Source: an uncultured delta proteobacterium
GTDB lineage: Bacteria > Myxococcota > Myxococcia > Myxococcales > Anaeromyxobacteraceae
Length of the DNA stretch: 64,000 nt
Direction: 5' to 3'
Assembly: GCA_963814585.1 (NCBI GenBank)
Contig: CAWFDF010000013.1
Location: 91,946-155,945, forward strand
The notes beneath the pieces were generated by a model. The model had not been told where the DNA came from and made no database searches. It saw only the letters and a list, made by a program, of their open reading frames with translations. The translations under genes and the position numbers were made by a program. Below are positions 27,992 to 37,739 of the stretch, one piece after another; position 1 is the first letter of the stretch, and every line of letters starts with the position of its first letter.

Positions 27992-30007
27992 CTGGATCGC
28001 GCAGGAGACGCCAGCCCCCCCTGCCCACGCTGCGGAGGCACCCACCCTCCAGGGGAGCGCTGCGTCCAGGCCACCGTCCTGATGGGCGGCTCGCCCCCCA
28101 ACGCGACGCTGCTCTTCGGTGGTGACGGCCTGCGGTCGCCCCCCGCCCCGACCCCGAGGGAGGCTCCACTCGCCGACCCGCTGGTCGGCTCGCAGGTCGG
28201 CTCCTTCCGGGTGGTGCGTCCTCTCGGCCGCGGCGGGATGGGCACCGTCTACCTGGCCGAGCATCCCGCCATCGGCAGCCGGGTGGCGGTCAAGTTCCTC
28301 CACGAGTCGCTGTCCGAGAATCCCCAGGTGGTGGCCCGCTTCTACGACGAGGCGCGCGCCGTCAACCTGATCGGCCACGAGAACATCGTCGCCATCTACG
28401 ACCTCAACCTCCTCCCCCCCAACCGCTACTACTTCGTGATGGAGTACCTGGACGGCGAGACCCTCCATGCCGCCGTCCGCGGGCGCCGCCTGGACCTGGC
28501 CGCGGCGCTCGACGTGCTGCTGCAGCTCTGCGACGCGCTCCAGTGCGCCCACGAGCGCGGCGTCGTCCACCGGGACCTGAAGCCGGACAACGTCTTCCTG
28601 GTGAACCGCGGCGGACGGCCACACTTCGTCAAGCTGGTGGACTTCGGCATCGCCAAGCTGCGAGGCGGGTCGATCACCGGTGGCGGCCGGACCTCGGCCG
28701 GGCTGATCGTCGGGACGCCCGAGTACATGGCGCCGGAGCAGTGCGACGACGGGGCCATCGACGCGCGCACCGACGTCTACGCGCTCGGCGTCATGGCCTA
28801 CGAGCTGCTCGCCGAGCGCCTGCCGTTCCAGGGCAAGACGGTCACCCAGCTGCTGCTCGCCCACCTCCAGCAGCAGCCGCCGCCCCTCTCCCAGGTCGTG
28901 AAGGACATCGACCCCGAGCTGGAGCGGACCATCATGAAGGCGCTGGCCAAGGCGCCGGCCGATCGCCACGCCGACATGGCTCGGTTCGCCGAGGCCCTCC
29001 GGCCCGTCCGGGCTCGCCTCGGGCCGGGCGGAGAGCCCGCGGCGGCCCAGGCCGCGGCCTCGTCCGCCACGGCGATCCCTCCGGCCCCGGCCGCCACGGC
29101 GGCTCGCCCCGCCGAACCCGCGCCGGCCCCGGCACAGCCGGCGGTTAGCCCGGTCGAGGTGAGCCTGCGCCTCGGCGACACCGTCCGCCGGCTGGTCGCC
29201 GTCGAGGTGACGCGCGGTGGCATCTTCCTCGGCGCCGAGACCGACCTCCCCCCGCTCTTCTCCCGCGTGTCGCTCACGCTCTCCCACCCCGCCCTGAAGG
29301 CGAAGCTGGAGCTGGGCGGCGACGTGGTCCGCCACGTCTCCGCCTCCGAGGCGGGGCGCTGGCACATGTCGCCGGGCTTCGCCGTGCAGCTGGTGGACCT
29401 GACTCCGGAGCGGCGGGCCGCCCTCGCCGACCTGTCCGAGGCGGCCCGCAGCGCAGCCGCTTCGCCCGCGCCGGCCGCGGCCGCCCCGGCCTCCTCCGCG
29501 GCGCTGCTGGGCGAGCTGGAGGAGCGGCCATCCGCCACCCACTACGCGCTGCTCGGCCTGCCGCTCGACGCCGAGTTCGCCGAGATCCGGAAGGCGTCCC
29601 GCGAGCTCCGCGCCCGGCTCGAGGCCATCCGGGCGCGACCCGAGGCCGCGGACCAGCACCACCGGGCCACCGCCCTGCTCGCCCGGCTCGACGTGGCCCA
29701 GCACGCCCTCTCGATCCCGGCCGAGCGCCTGGTCTACGACGCGGACCGGGGCAACTACCTCGGCGTGGCCCGCTGCGTGGCGGCCGGCGTCCCGCAGGCG
29801 GTGATCGAGGGGCGCCGACGCGAGTACCTGACCCGCCACGCCGACCGGGCGCGCGCCGCGGCGAACCACCTGGCGCGGGCCCAGGTGGCGCGCAAGCTGA
29901 AGAACCAGGTGGCCGCCTTCGCCGCCTACGAGGCGGCGCTCATCTCCGACCCGCTCGACCTGGCGACCCTGGAGGCCTACGTGGCCTATCGCCGCCAGGC
30001 CGTCTGA
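27992..30007 (+). CDS. Ser/Thr protein kinase with PilZ-like and J-like C-terminal domains
   Basis: LGRGGMGTVY, VAVK, HRDLKPDN, DFG, GTPEYMAPE; later EVTRGGIFL and HYALLGL; start uncertain (CTG 27992 after GGAG, or ATG 28082). Confidence 0.88.
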   Translation: MDRAGDASPPCPRCGGTHPPGERCVQATVLMGGSPPNATLLFGGDGLRSPPAPTPREAPLADPLVGSQVGSFRVVRPLGRGGMGTVYLAEHPAIGSRVAVKFLHESLSENPQVVARFYDEARAVNLIGHENIVAIYDLNLLPPNRYYFVMEYLDGETLHAAVRGRRLDLAAALDVLLQLCDALQCAHERGVVHRDLKPDNVFLVNRGGRPHFVKLVDFGIAKLRGGSITGGGRTSAGLIVGTPEYMAPEQCDDGAIDARTDVYALGVMAYELLAERLPFQGKTVTQLLLAHLQQQPPPLSQVVKDIDPELERTIMKALAKAPADRHADMARFAEALRPVRARLGPGGEPAAAQAAASSATAIPPAPAATAARPAEPAPAPAQPAVSPVEVSLRLGDTVRRLVAVEVTRGGIFLGAETDLPPLFSRVSLTLSHPALKAKLELGGDVVRHVSASEAGRWHMSPGFAVQLVDLTPERRAALADLSEAARSAAASPAPAAAAPASSAALLGELEERPSATHYALLGLPLDAEFAEIRKASRELRARLEAIRARPEAADQHHRATALLARLDVAQHALSIPAERLVYDADRGNYLGVARCVAAGVPQAVIEGRRREYLTRHADRARAAANHLARAQVARKLKNQVAAFAAYEAALISDPLDLATLEAYVAYRRQAV

Positions 30008-30111
30008 GCCCGGCGTGGCGCGCCCCCTCGCCACCGCCGTCGCCTCCGCCGTCGCCCTCCCGCTGGCGCGCGACGGCTGACGCCGGGACGCTCCGGCGGT
30101 ACCATCCCGGC

Positions 30112-30882
30112 ATGACCGCCCCACTCCAAGGCCTCACCGCGCTGGTCACCGGCGCCTCCTCCGGCATCGGCCTCGCCTGCGCCGAACGCTTCGTCCGTGA
30201 TGGCGCCACGGTGGTGGCCGTGGCCCGCCGAGCCGACCGGCTCGCCGCCCTGGCCGCCCGGCTCGGCCCCAGCCTGGTGCCCGTCCCGCTCGACATCACC
30301 GACCGCGCCGCGGTGACCCGCGCCTTCACCGAGTCACTGGAGCCGGCGCCGCCGCTCGACATCCTGGTCAACGCGGCGGGGCTGGCGCTCGGCCTGGAGC
30401 CGGTGCACCGGACCTCGATCGACGACTGGGATCGGATGATCGAGACCAACTGCCGGGCGCTGGTCTTCGCCACCCGGCTGGCGCTGCCCGGCATGGTGTC
30501 CCGGGGCCGGGGCCACATCGTCAACATCGGCTCGGTGGCCGGCACCTACCCGTACCCGGGCGGCAACGTCTACGGGGCCAGCAAGGCCTTCGTCCGGCAG
30601 TTCTCGCTGGCCATCCGCTCCGACCTGCTGGGAACCCCGGTGCGGGTCACCAGCATCGAGCCGGGGATGTGCGACACCGAGTTCTCCACGGTCCGCTTCG
30701 CGGGCGACCGCGAGAAGGCCGGGAAGGTCTACGCCGGCATGACGCCGCTCGGCGCCGCCGACGTCGCCGACGCGGTGGCCTGGTGCGTGAGCCGCCCGGC
30801 GCACGTCAACGTCAACAGCATCGAGCTGATGCCGGTCCAGCAGGCCTTCGGTCCCTTCGCGGTCCACCGCAACCAGGCTTGA
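30112..30882 (+). CDS. SDR oxidoreductase (YdfG-like)
   Basis: TGASSGIG, NAAGLALG, YGASK, PAHVNVN. Confidence 0.9.
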   Translation: MTAPLQGLTALVTGASSGIGLACAERFVRDGATVVAVARRADRLAALAARLGPSLVPVPLDITDRAAVTRAFTESLEPAPPLDILVNAAGLALGLEPVHRTSIDDWDRMIETNCRALVFATRLALPGMVSRGRGHIVNIGSVAGTYPYPGGNVYGASKAFVRQFSLAIRSDLLGTPVRVTSIEPGMCDTEFSTVRFAGDREKAGKVYAGMTPLGAADVADAVAWCVSRPAHVNVNSIELMPVQQAFGPFAVHRNQA

Positions 30883-30889
30883 CGACGGC

Positions 30890-31402
30890 TCAGCGCCTCG
30901 TCACCACGCCGCAGGCCAGCCGCTTCCCCCCGGGCTCGCCCCGGCCGTCGCCGGCCCCGGTGCCGACCACCAGCGCCGCGCCACCACCGCCGAGCAGCGA
31001 GGACGGACCGCTCCCCAGGCTGATGCCGCGGGCGATGAAGCCGACCACCGCGACCCCGTCCCCATCCGCCACCAGGTCCGGGAGGCTCCCGGCGTGCGAG
31101 CCCGGCGCCCCGGCCGGCCCGCGGGCCTTCCCTCCCGGGTTGAAGTGGTCGCCGGCGGACGCGAAGCTGGGACCCTCGCAGCGCCCCACCCCGTGGACGT
31201 TGAAGCCGTGCTTCCCGGGCGGCAACCCCTTCACCACGATGGCGATCTGGACGCCGTCCTCCTCGTCGACCAGCGTCGCCGTCCCCACCTGCCGGCCGGC
31301 GCCGTCGCGCATGATGGCGATGGCGCGGACCGGCGGGGGCGGCGCGGCGTGGGCCGCGGCGGACGTGGCGAGCAGCGCAGCGGTGAGGAGGAGATGTCGC
31401 AT
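30890..31402 (-). CDS. Cu/Zn superoxide dismutase-like secreted protein with degenerate metal sites
   Basis: Signal peptide; GLPPGKHGFNVH, SAGDHFNP, HAGSLP, RLACGVV. Confidence 0.8.
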   Translation of the reverse strand: MRHLLLTAALLATSAAAHAAPPPPVRAIAIMRDGAGRQVGTATLVDEEDGVQIAIVVKGLPPGKHGFNVHGVGRCEGPSFASAGDHFNPGGKARGPAGAPGSHAGSLPDLVADGDGVAVVGFIARGISLGSGPSSLLGGGGAALVVGTGAGDGRGEPGGKRLACGVVTRR

Positions 31403-31580
31403 CGGGACCTCGAACGTGGCGCGACGGCGGGGGGAGCCGTCACCGATCAGGCAGGAATACTGATTACTTGGAGACGAGACGAATTGCCTCACCCGTTCAG
31501 GCTACCACCGGGTCGCTCCGGCGCAATGATCTCGCGCCGAGATGCCGGGGCGTATCATCGTCGCCCGGAGGGAGCGTGCC

Positions 31581-33656
31581 ATGGGGGGTCGGCCGGAGGG
31601 GGGGACCGAGCGGGCGGCGGTGCGCAGGCTCAGGGCCATCCGCAACCTCGGGATCATGGCCCACATCGACGCCGGCAAGACCACGGTGAGCGAACGGCTG
31701 CTCTTCGTCGCCGGGCGCACCCACCACCTCGGGGAGGTCCACCAGGGCGACACCGCGCTCGACTGGATGGACCTGGAGCGGGAGCGGGGCATCACCATCA
31801 CCGCCGCGGTCACCAGCCTGGCCTGGCGCGGCCACGACCTGCACCTCGTCGACACCCCCGGCCACGTCGACTTCACCATCGAGGTGGAGCGGTGCCTGCG
31901 GGTGCTGGACGGCGCGGTGGCGGTCTTCGACGCCGCCCACGGCGTCGAGCCGCAGAGCGAGACGGTCTGGCGCCAGGCCGATCGCTGGCGCGTCCCCCGG
32001 CTCGCCTTCGCCAACAAGATGGACCGGGTCGGGGCCGACTTCGAGGCCACGCTGCGCTCCCTGCGCGCCCGCTTCCCCGGCCACGCCATCGCGCCGGTGC
32101 AGCTTCCGCTGGGCCAGGCCGGGTCGTTCGCGGGCTTCGAGGACCTGGTGGCCGGGCGGCGGATCACCTTCACGGACCGTGATGACCCGCGGGCCTTCTC
32201 GGTGACCGAGGGGCTCTCGCCGGAGGGGACCGAGGCGCGGCGCGCGCTGCTCGCGCTGCTGGCCGACCACGACGAGCCGGCGGCCGACGCGCTGCTGGGC
32301 GATCGCGACCTGCCGCCGGACGAGCTGTCCGCCGCGCTCCGGCGCGCCACGCTCTCGGGCCGCCTGGTCCCGCTGCTCTGCGGGTCGGCGCTCCACAACC
32401 AGGGTATCCCGCAGCTGCTCGACGCCTGCTGCGACTGGCTCCCCTCCCCGCTCGACGTGGCGCCGCCGCCGGCCGCCACGCCCGGCGGCGAGCCGGTGGC
32501 GCTGCCGCCCGCCGGCGAGGGCGGCCCGCTGCTGGCGCTGGCCTTCAAGGTCACGCAGCTGGACGAGCGGCGCCGCTACGTCTTCGTCCGGATCTACGCC
32601 GGCACGCTGGCGGAGGGGGACGAGGTCTGGAATGCCAGCCTCGGCAAGAGCGAGCGGGTGGCGCGGATCCTCCAGCTCCACGCCGCGCACAAGACGCGGC
32701 GGCCAACGGCCAGCGCCGGGGAGATCGTGGCGATCCTCGGCTTGAAGGAGGCCCGCACCGGCGACACCCTCTCGGACCGGTCCCGCCCGGTGGTGCTGGA
32801 GCGGATCGGCGGCCAGCCTGCGGTCATCTCCCAGGCCGTCGAGCCGTCCAGCCCGGGGCAGCGCGAGGCGCTGCTGGAGGCGCTGGGACGCATCGCCGAC
32901 GAGGACCCGACCTTCCAGGCCGGCGAGGACCCGGGGACCGGGCAGCTGGTCATCTCGGGGATGGGGGAGCTCCACCTGGAGATCGTGGTGGAGCGGCTGC
33001 AGCGCGAGTTCGGGCTGGCGGTCCGCACCGGCCGGCCGCAGGTGCTGCTGCGCGAGACCCTGACGGTGGAGGCGGAGGGCGAGGGGACGTTCGAGCGGAC
33101 CCTCGACGGCGCGCCCGTCTTCGCCGCCGTGGCGGTCCGGGTCCGGCCGCTGGCCCGCGGGTCCGGGGTCCGCTTCGAGGTGGCTCCCGCCGCCGCCGTC
33201 GCGCTGGCGCCGCACCGCGAGGCGCTCGCCTTCGCCGAGCAGGGGGCGAGCGAGGCGGCCGAGGCCGGGGCGCTGGAGGGCCACCCGCTGCACGACGTCG
33301 AGGTCACGCTCACCGGCGCGACCTGGCGAGAGGGCGCGTCGAGGCCCTTCGCCTTCAAGGTGGCGGCCGCCACCGCGGTGCGCGAGGCCGCCGGGCGGGG
33401 CCGGCCGGTCCTGCTCGAGCCGGTGGGCCGGCTGGAGGTGGTGGTGACCGAGGCGCAGCTGGGCGAGGCGCTCGGGGCGGTCGACCGGCGGCGAGGGAGC
33501 ATCCTCGAGGTGGCCGACCGGGACGGCGGCCTGAAGGTGATCACCGGGGAGGCGCCCATGCGGGGGCTCTTCGGGTTCGCCACCGAGCTCCGCTCCCTCA
33601 CCCAGGGGAGGGCCCTCTTCACGTTGCGCCTCGACCGGTTCGACGTTACCCGGTGA
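31581..33656 (+). CDS. Elongation factor G paralogue
   Basis: AHIDAGKTT, ERERGITI, DTPGHVDF, NKMD, GMGELHLE, LRSLTQG; domain IV divergent. Confidence 0.92.
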   Translation: MGGRPEGGTERAAVRRLRAIRNLGIMAHIDAGKTTVSERLLFVAGRTHHLGEVHQGDTALDWMDLERERGITITAAVTSLAWRGHDLHLVDTPGHVDFTIEVERCLRVLDGAVAVFDAAHGVEPQSETVWRQADRWRVPRLAFANKMDRVGADFEATLRSLRARFPGHAIAPVQLPLGQAGSFAGFEDLVAGRRITFTDRDDPRAFSVTEGLSPEGTEARRALLALLADHDEPAADALLGDRDLPPDELSAALRRATLSGRLVPLLCGSALHNQGIPQLLDACCDWLPSPLDVAPPPAATPGGEPVALPPAGEGGPLLALAFKVTQLDERRRYVFVRIYAGTLAEGDEVWNASLGKSERVARILQLHAAHKTRRPTASAGEIVAILGLKEARTGDTLSDRSRPVVLERIGGQPAVISQAVEPSSPGQREALLEALGRIADEDPTFQAGEDPGTGQLVISGMGELHLEIVVERLQREFGLAVRTGRPQVLLRETLTVEAEGEGTFERTLDGAPVFAAVAVRVRPLARGSGVRFEVAPAAAVALAPHREALAFAEQGASEAAEAGALEGHPLHDVEVTLTGATWREGASRPFAFKVAAATAVREAAGRGRPVLLEPVGRLEVVVTEAQLGEALGAVDRRRGSILEVADRDGGLKVITGEAPMRGLFGFATELRSLTQGRALFTLRLDRFDVTR

Positions 33657-33671
33657 GCGGAGGCTACGACC

Positions 33672-34457
33672 ATGCGCCTGACGACCCTCGCCGCCGCTGC
33701 TGCACTGTGCCTGTCACCCATCGCCGTCCGCGCCGCGGACGCCGCCCCGAAGACCGAGATCACCTGGTACGGCCACGCCGCCTTCACCGTGAAGACCCCG
33801 GGAGGCACGGTCCTCGCCATCGACCCGTTCTTCGGCAATCCGAAGTCGCCCGACAAGAAGGCGGCCGAGACGCTGCCCCGGGTGGACTACGTCCTCGTCA
33901 CCCACGGGCACGGCGACCACGTCGGCGACGCCGTGGCGCTGGCCAAGCGGACCGGGGCCAAGCTCATCTCCAACTTCGACCTCTGCAAGGCGCTGGTGGC
34001 GGGCGGCTTCCCCGAGGCCCAGGCCAGCGGCGCCACCTGCGGCAACATCGGCGGGGCCATCCGGGCCGGCGACGCCACCGTCATCATGGTGCCGGCCATC
34101 CACTCCTCGGGCCTCGACGTCGAGAAGAACGGCGGCAACCCGATGGGCTTCGTCATCCAGGTGAAGGGCGGGCCGGCCATCTACCACACCGGCGACACCG
34201 ACGTGACCATGGACATGAAGCTCATCCCCGAGCGCTACGGGGCCGTGGACGTCATGCTGGCCTGCATCGGCGGCCACTTCACCATGGACCCGAAGGGCGC
34301 CGCGCTGGCCGCCGGCTACGTGAAGGCGAAGACGGTGGTGCCCATGCACTTCGGCACCTTCCCCGTCATCTCCGGCACTCCCGAGGAGCTCCAGGCGGCG
34401 CTGCCGGCCGGGACCAGGATGCAGGTGCTGGCGCCGGGCAAGCCGACGGCCTTCTAG
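33672..34457 (+). CDS. Secreted MBL-fold metallo-hydrolase (UPF0173-like)
   Basis: Signal peptide, WYGHA, IDPF, THGHGDH, YHTGDT, PMHFGTFP. Confidence 0.88.
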   Translation: MRLTTLAAAAALCLSPIAVRAADAAPKTEITWYGHAAFTVKTPGGTVLAIDPFFGNPKSPDKKAAETLPRVDYVLVTHGHGDHVGDAVALAKRTGAKLISNFDLCKALVAGGFPEAQASGATCGNIGGAIRAGDATVIMVPAIHSSGLDVEKNGGNPMGFVIQVKGGPAIYHTGDTDVTMDMKLIPERYGAVDVMLACIGGHFTMDPKGAALAAGYVKAKTVVPMHFGTFPVISGTPEELQAALPAGTRMQVLAPGKPTAF

Positions 34458-34597
34458 GGCGCCTCCCCGGGCCACCAGCCGTCCCGGCGCCGCGCGTCGC
34501 GCGGTGCCCGATCGCGCCCAGGCCCGCGGGCGACGCCGGCCTTCGAGGGCCCGCCTGGCCCACCGCCCCACCGCCGCCCGGGGTAGCATGGGGCCTG

Positions 34598-37500
34598 GTG
34601 TTCCCCTCCCACGTCATCCCCGGCCTGCCGCCCGCCGAGCCCGCCGCGGCGGAGAGCGCCGAGCGGCTGGCCCGCCTCCGCAAGCGCTGCGGCCCGCTCG
34701 CCGAGGAGGCGCTGGCCTGCTGCCGGCTGGCCCCGGATTCCGGACCTGGCGCTGGCCGGCCTGGAGCGCTACTTCGACGGCGCCGGGGCGCTGCCCCCCG
34801 AGCGCGACCTGCTCGAGGCGCTCTCGCTGCTCTGCGGCGCCTCCTCGCTCTCCGCCGGCCTGCTGGCCCGCTGGCCTCACCTGCTGCGGCGCACCGCCCG
34901 CTCGCCCTGGCTGCTGCGCCCGCGCACCGAGGAGAGCCTGCGTGCCCTGCTGGCCCGCGCCGCGCGGCGGTTCGGCCCGGACGACGTCGACGCCTTCCAC
35001 TCGCTGCTGCGCCGGCTGCGCGCCCGCGAGGTGCTGCGCATCACGCTGCGCGACCTGCGGCGGGCCCGGATGATGGAGGTGGCCGGCGAGCTCTCGGCGC
35101 TGGCCATGGCCTGCGTCGACGCCGCCATCCGCTTCCACGACGCCCGCCTGCGGCGCCGGCACGGGGCGCCGGCCGGGCTGGAGCGGCGCGAGGCCGGGGC
35201 CGGCTTCTGCGCGCTGGCCATGGGCAAGCTCGGCGCGCGCGAGCTCAACTTCAGCTCCGACGTCGACCTGATCTTCGTCTACGGCGTCGACGGCCAGACC
35301 ACCGGCGAGCGCTCCACCACCCACTTCGCCTACTACGCCCGCCTCGCCGAGCTGGTGACCGAGGCCATCTCGCGCACCACCGAGGACGGCATCGTCTTCC
35401 GCGTCGACCTCGACCTGCGGCCGGAGGGGCGCTCCGGCCCCATCGTCAACAGCCTGCGCGCCGCCGAGCTCTACTACCAGACCTTCGGTCGCAGCTGGGA
35501 GCGCAACGCCATGCTCAAGGCCCGCCCCGGCGCCGGCGACGAGCCGGTCGGCGAGGAGCTGCTGGCCGCCCTCGAGCCCTTCATCTGGCGCTCCAGCCTC
35601 GACCTCGAGGTGGTCGGCGAGATCCACGCCATGAAGGCGCGCATCGACGCCCGCGCCGGCGCCGAGGGGGCCTCGGACCTCAAGCTCGGCAAGGGGGGCA
35701 TCCGCGAGGCCGAGTTCTTCGTCTCGGCGCTGCAGCTGCTCCACGGCGGCAAGCCGGGCGCCAGGGCGCTGCGAGAGCGGGGCGTGCTGGCGGCGCTCGA
35801 CCGCCTGCTCTTCGCCGGCGTGGTCCCGGTGAAGGATCGCGACGCGCTGGCCGACGCGTACCTCTACCTGCGGCGCTGCGAGCACCGGGTGCAGATGGTG
35901 GAGGGGGCGCAGACCCACCGGCTGCCGCCCCCCCTCGAGCGGCTGCCGCTGGCCCGGGCCCTGGGCGTCGCCACGGTGGAGGAGTTCGAGGCCACCCTCT
36001 CGGCCCACCGCGAGCGGGTGGCGGCGCTCTTCGCCGGCCTGCTCGGCACCGCCGGCGAGCAGGCCGCCCCGCTCGACCACGAGCTGGCGCTGCTGGCCGA
36101 CCAGGAGGTGGAGCCGGGGCGCCGCCGCGAGATCGCGGCCCGGCGCGGCCTGCAGGACCCGGACCGGGCCGTGGCCGCCATCGACGCCATGGCCCGGCGC
36201 GCCACCCCCTTCTCGCGCATGGGCGACCCGGCGGTGGCGGTCGGCCTGCTCTCCGACGCGATGGAGACGCCCGACCCGGACCAGGCGCTCAGCCACCTCT
36301 CCGACTTCGCCACCGCCCTGCGCGACCCGACCCCCTACTTCAGGCTGCTGGGCGAGCGGCGGCGGGCGGCCCGGCTGCTGCTCTCGCTCTTCGGCACCTC
36401 CGACTTCCTCAGCAAGCGCTTCCTGCGCCACCCCGAGCTGATCGACGCGCTCTTCCGCTCCGACCAGGTCGAGCTGGAGAAGGGGCCGCAGGCCTTCGCC
36501 TATGAGCTCGACGAGCGGCTCGAGCACGCCGGCGGCGACGGGCTCGACGACCGGCTGGAGCGGCGGCTCGGCGAGCTGCGACGCTACAAGGACGAGGAGG
36601 TGCTGCGCATCGCCCTCCACGACATCGCCGGCTCCATCGATTCTCGCCTCCGTGGCCGGCCAGCTCACCCACCTGGCCGAGGCCTGCGTGGTCCGCTGCC
36701 TGGCGCTGGCCGAGGAGGAGGCCGAGGCCAAGGGCTACCGGCCGCCCGGCCGGCTCTGCGTGGTCGGCATGGGGAAGCTGGGCGGGCGCGAGCTCGGCTA
36801 CCACTCCGACCTCGACCTGATCTTCCTCTACCCGGGCGGCGCCGAGCCCGGCTACGAGCGCTACCCGCGGCTGGCCCAGCGCTTCATGGCCTTCCTGCAG
36901 ATGCCGCTGCGCGAGGGGAGGCTCTACCAGATCGACACCCGCCTGCGCCCCAGCGGCAACCAGGGGGCGCTGGTGATCGGCGCCGACGCCTTCGCCCGCT
37001 ACCACGTCGGCGAGGCGGTGCCGCTCGGCGCCCAGGTGACCACGGCGGGGGCGGTCCGCTCGCAGCTCTGGGAGCGCCAGGCGCTGCTGCGGGCCCGCTT
37101 CGTGGCCGGCGACGAGGCGCTCTGGAACCGGGTCGACTTCGAGGTGATCACCCCGGTGGCCTACGGCGTCCGCGCCGATCGGACGGCGCTGGCGGCCGAG
37201 ATCCGCACCATGCGGGAGCGGATGGAGAGCCAGCTGGGCCGGGAGGCGACGCGCGGCAAGAACCCCAAGACCGGCCGCGGCGGCCTCGTCGACGTCGAGT
37301 TCGCCACCCAGTTCCTCCAGCTGGCGCACGGGCACGACGTGCCCTCGGTGCGGACCAGCACCACGCCGGTGGCGCTGCGCCGGCTGCGCGAGGCCGGGCT
37401 GCTGCGGCCCGCCGACTTCGAGCCGCTGGCGGCCGGTTACCAGTTCCTGCGGCGCGTGGAGCTGCGGCTCCGCATCGTCCACGACTACGGCGTCGACCAC

Positions 37501-37641
37501 CTGCCCGAGAGCGGCCCGGCGCTCCACCAGCTGGCGCGGCGGCTCGGCTACTTCGGCGAGGCGCCTGGCGACCGGTTCATCGCCGAGTACACGCGCATGA
37601 CCCAGGGCGTTCGCGAGGCGTTCGACCGGGTGGTCCAGTAG
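34598..37641 (+). CDS. glnE: Glutamine synthetase adenylyltransferase/deadenylylase, split by two +1 frameshifts (~34739, ~36641)
   Basis: Two NT domains: MGKLGARELNFSSDVDL/DLRPEG and MGKLGGRELGYHSDLDL/DTRLRPSG; three frames join if one T is removed at each GATTC. Confidence 0.9.
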
Positions 37642-37739
37642 CCCGTCCGGCCGGGGTCGCTCCGGCGGCCCGCACCGGGCCGCGGCACGGGTTAGGATGA
37701 CGCCGTGCGTCCAGGATCCCTCGCGCCGCCAGCCACCGC

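Noticed and set aside
23228..30007. 2259-aa ORF, and other very long ORFs such as 16632-21149 and 7914-11285
   Set aside because: Shadow frames in high-GC DNA antisense to lysS, GH57, bamA and others; only the terminal kinase or otsB portions are real
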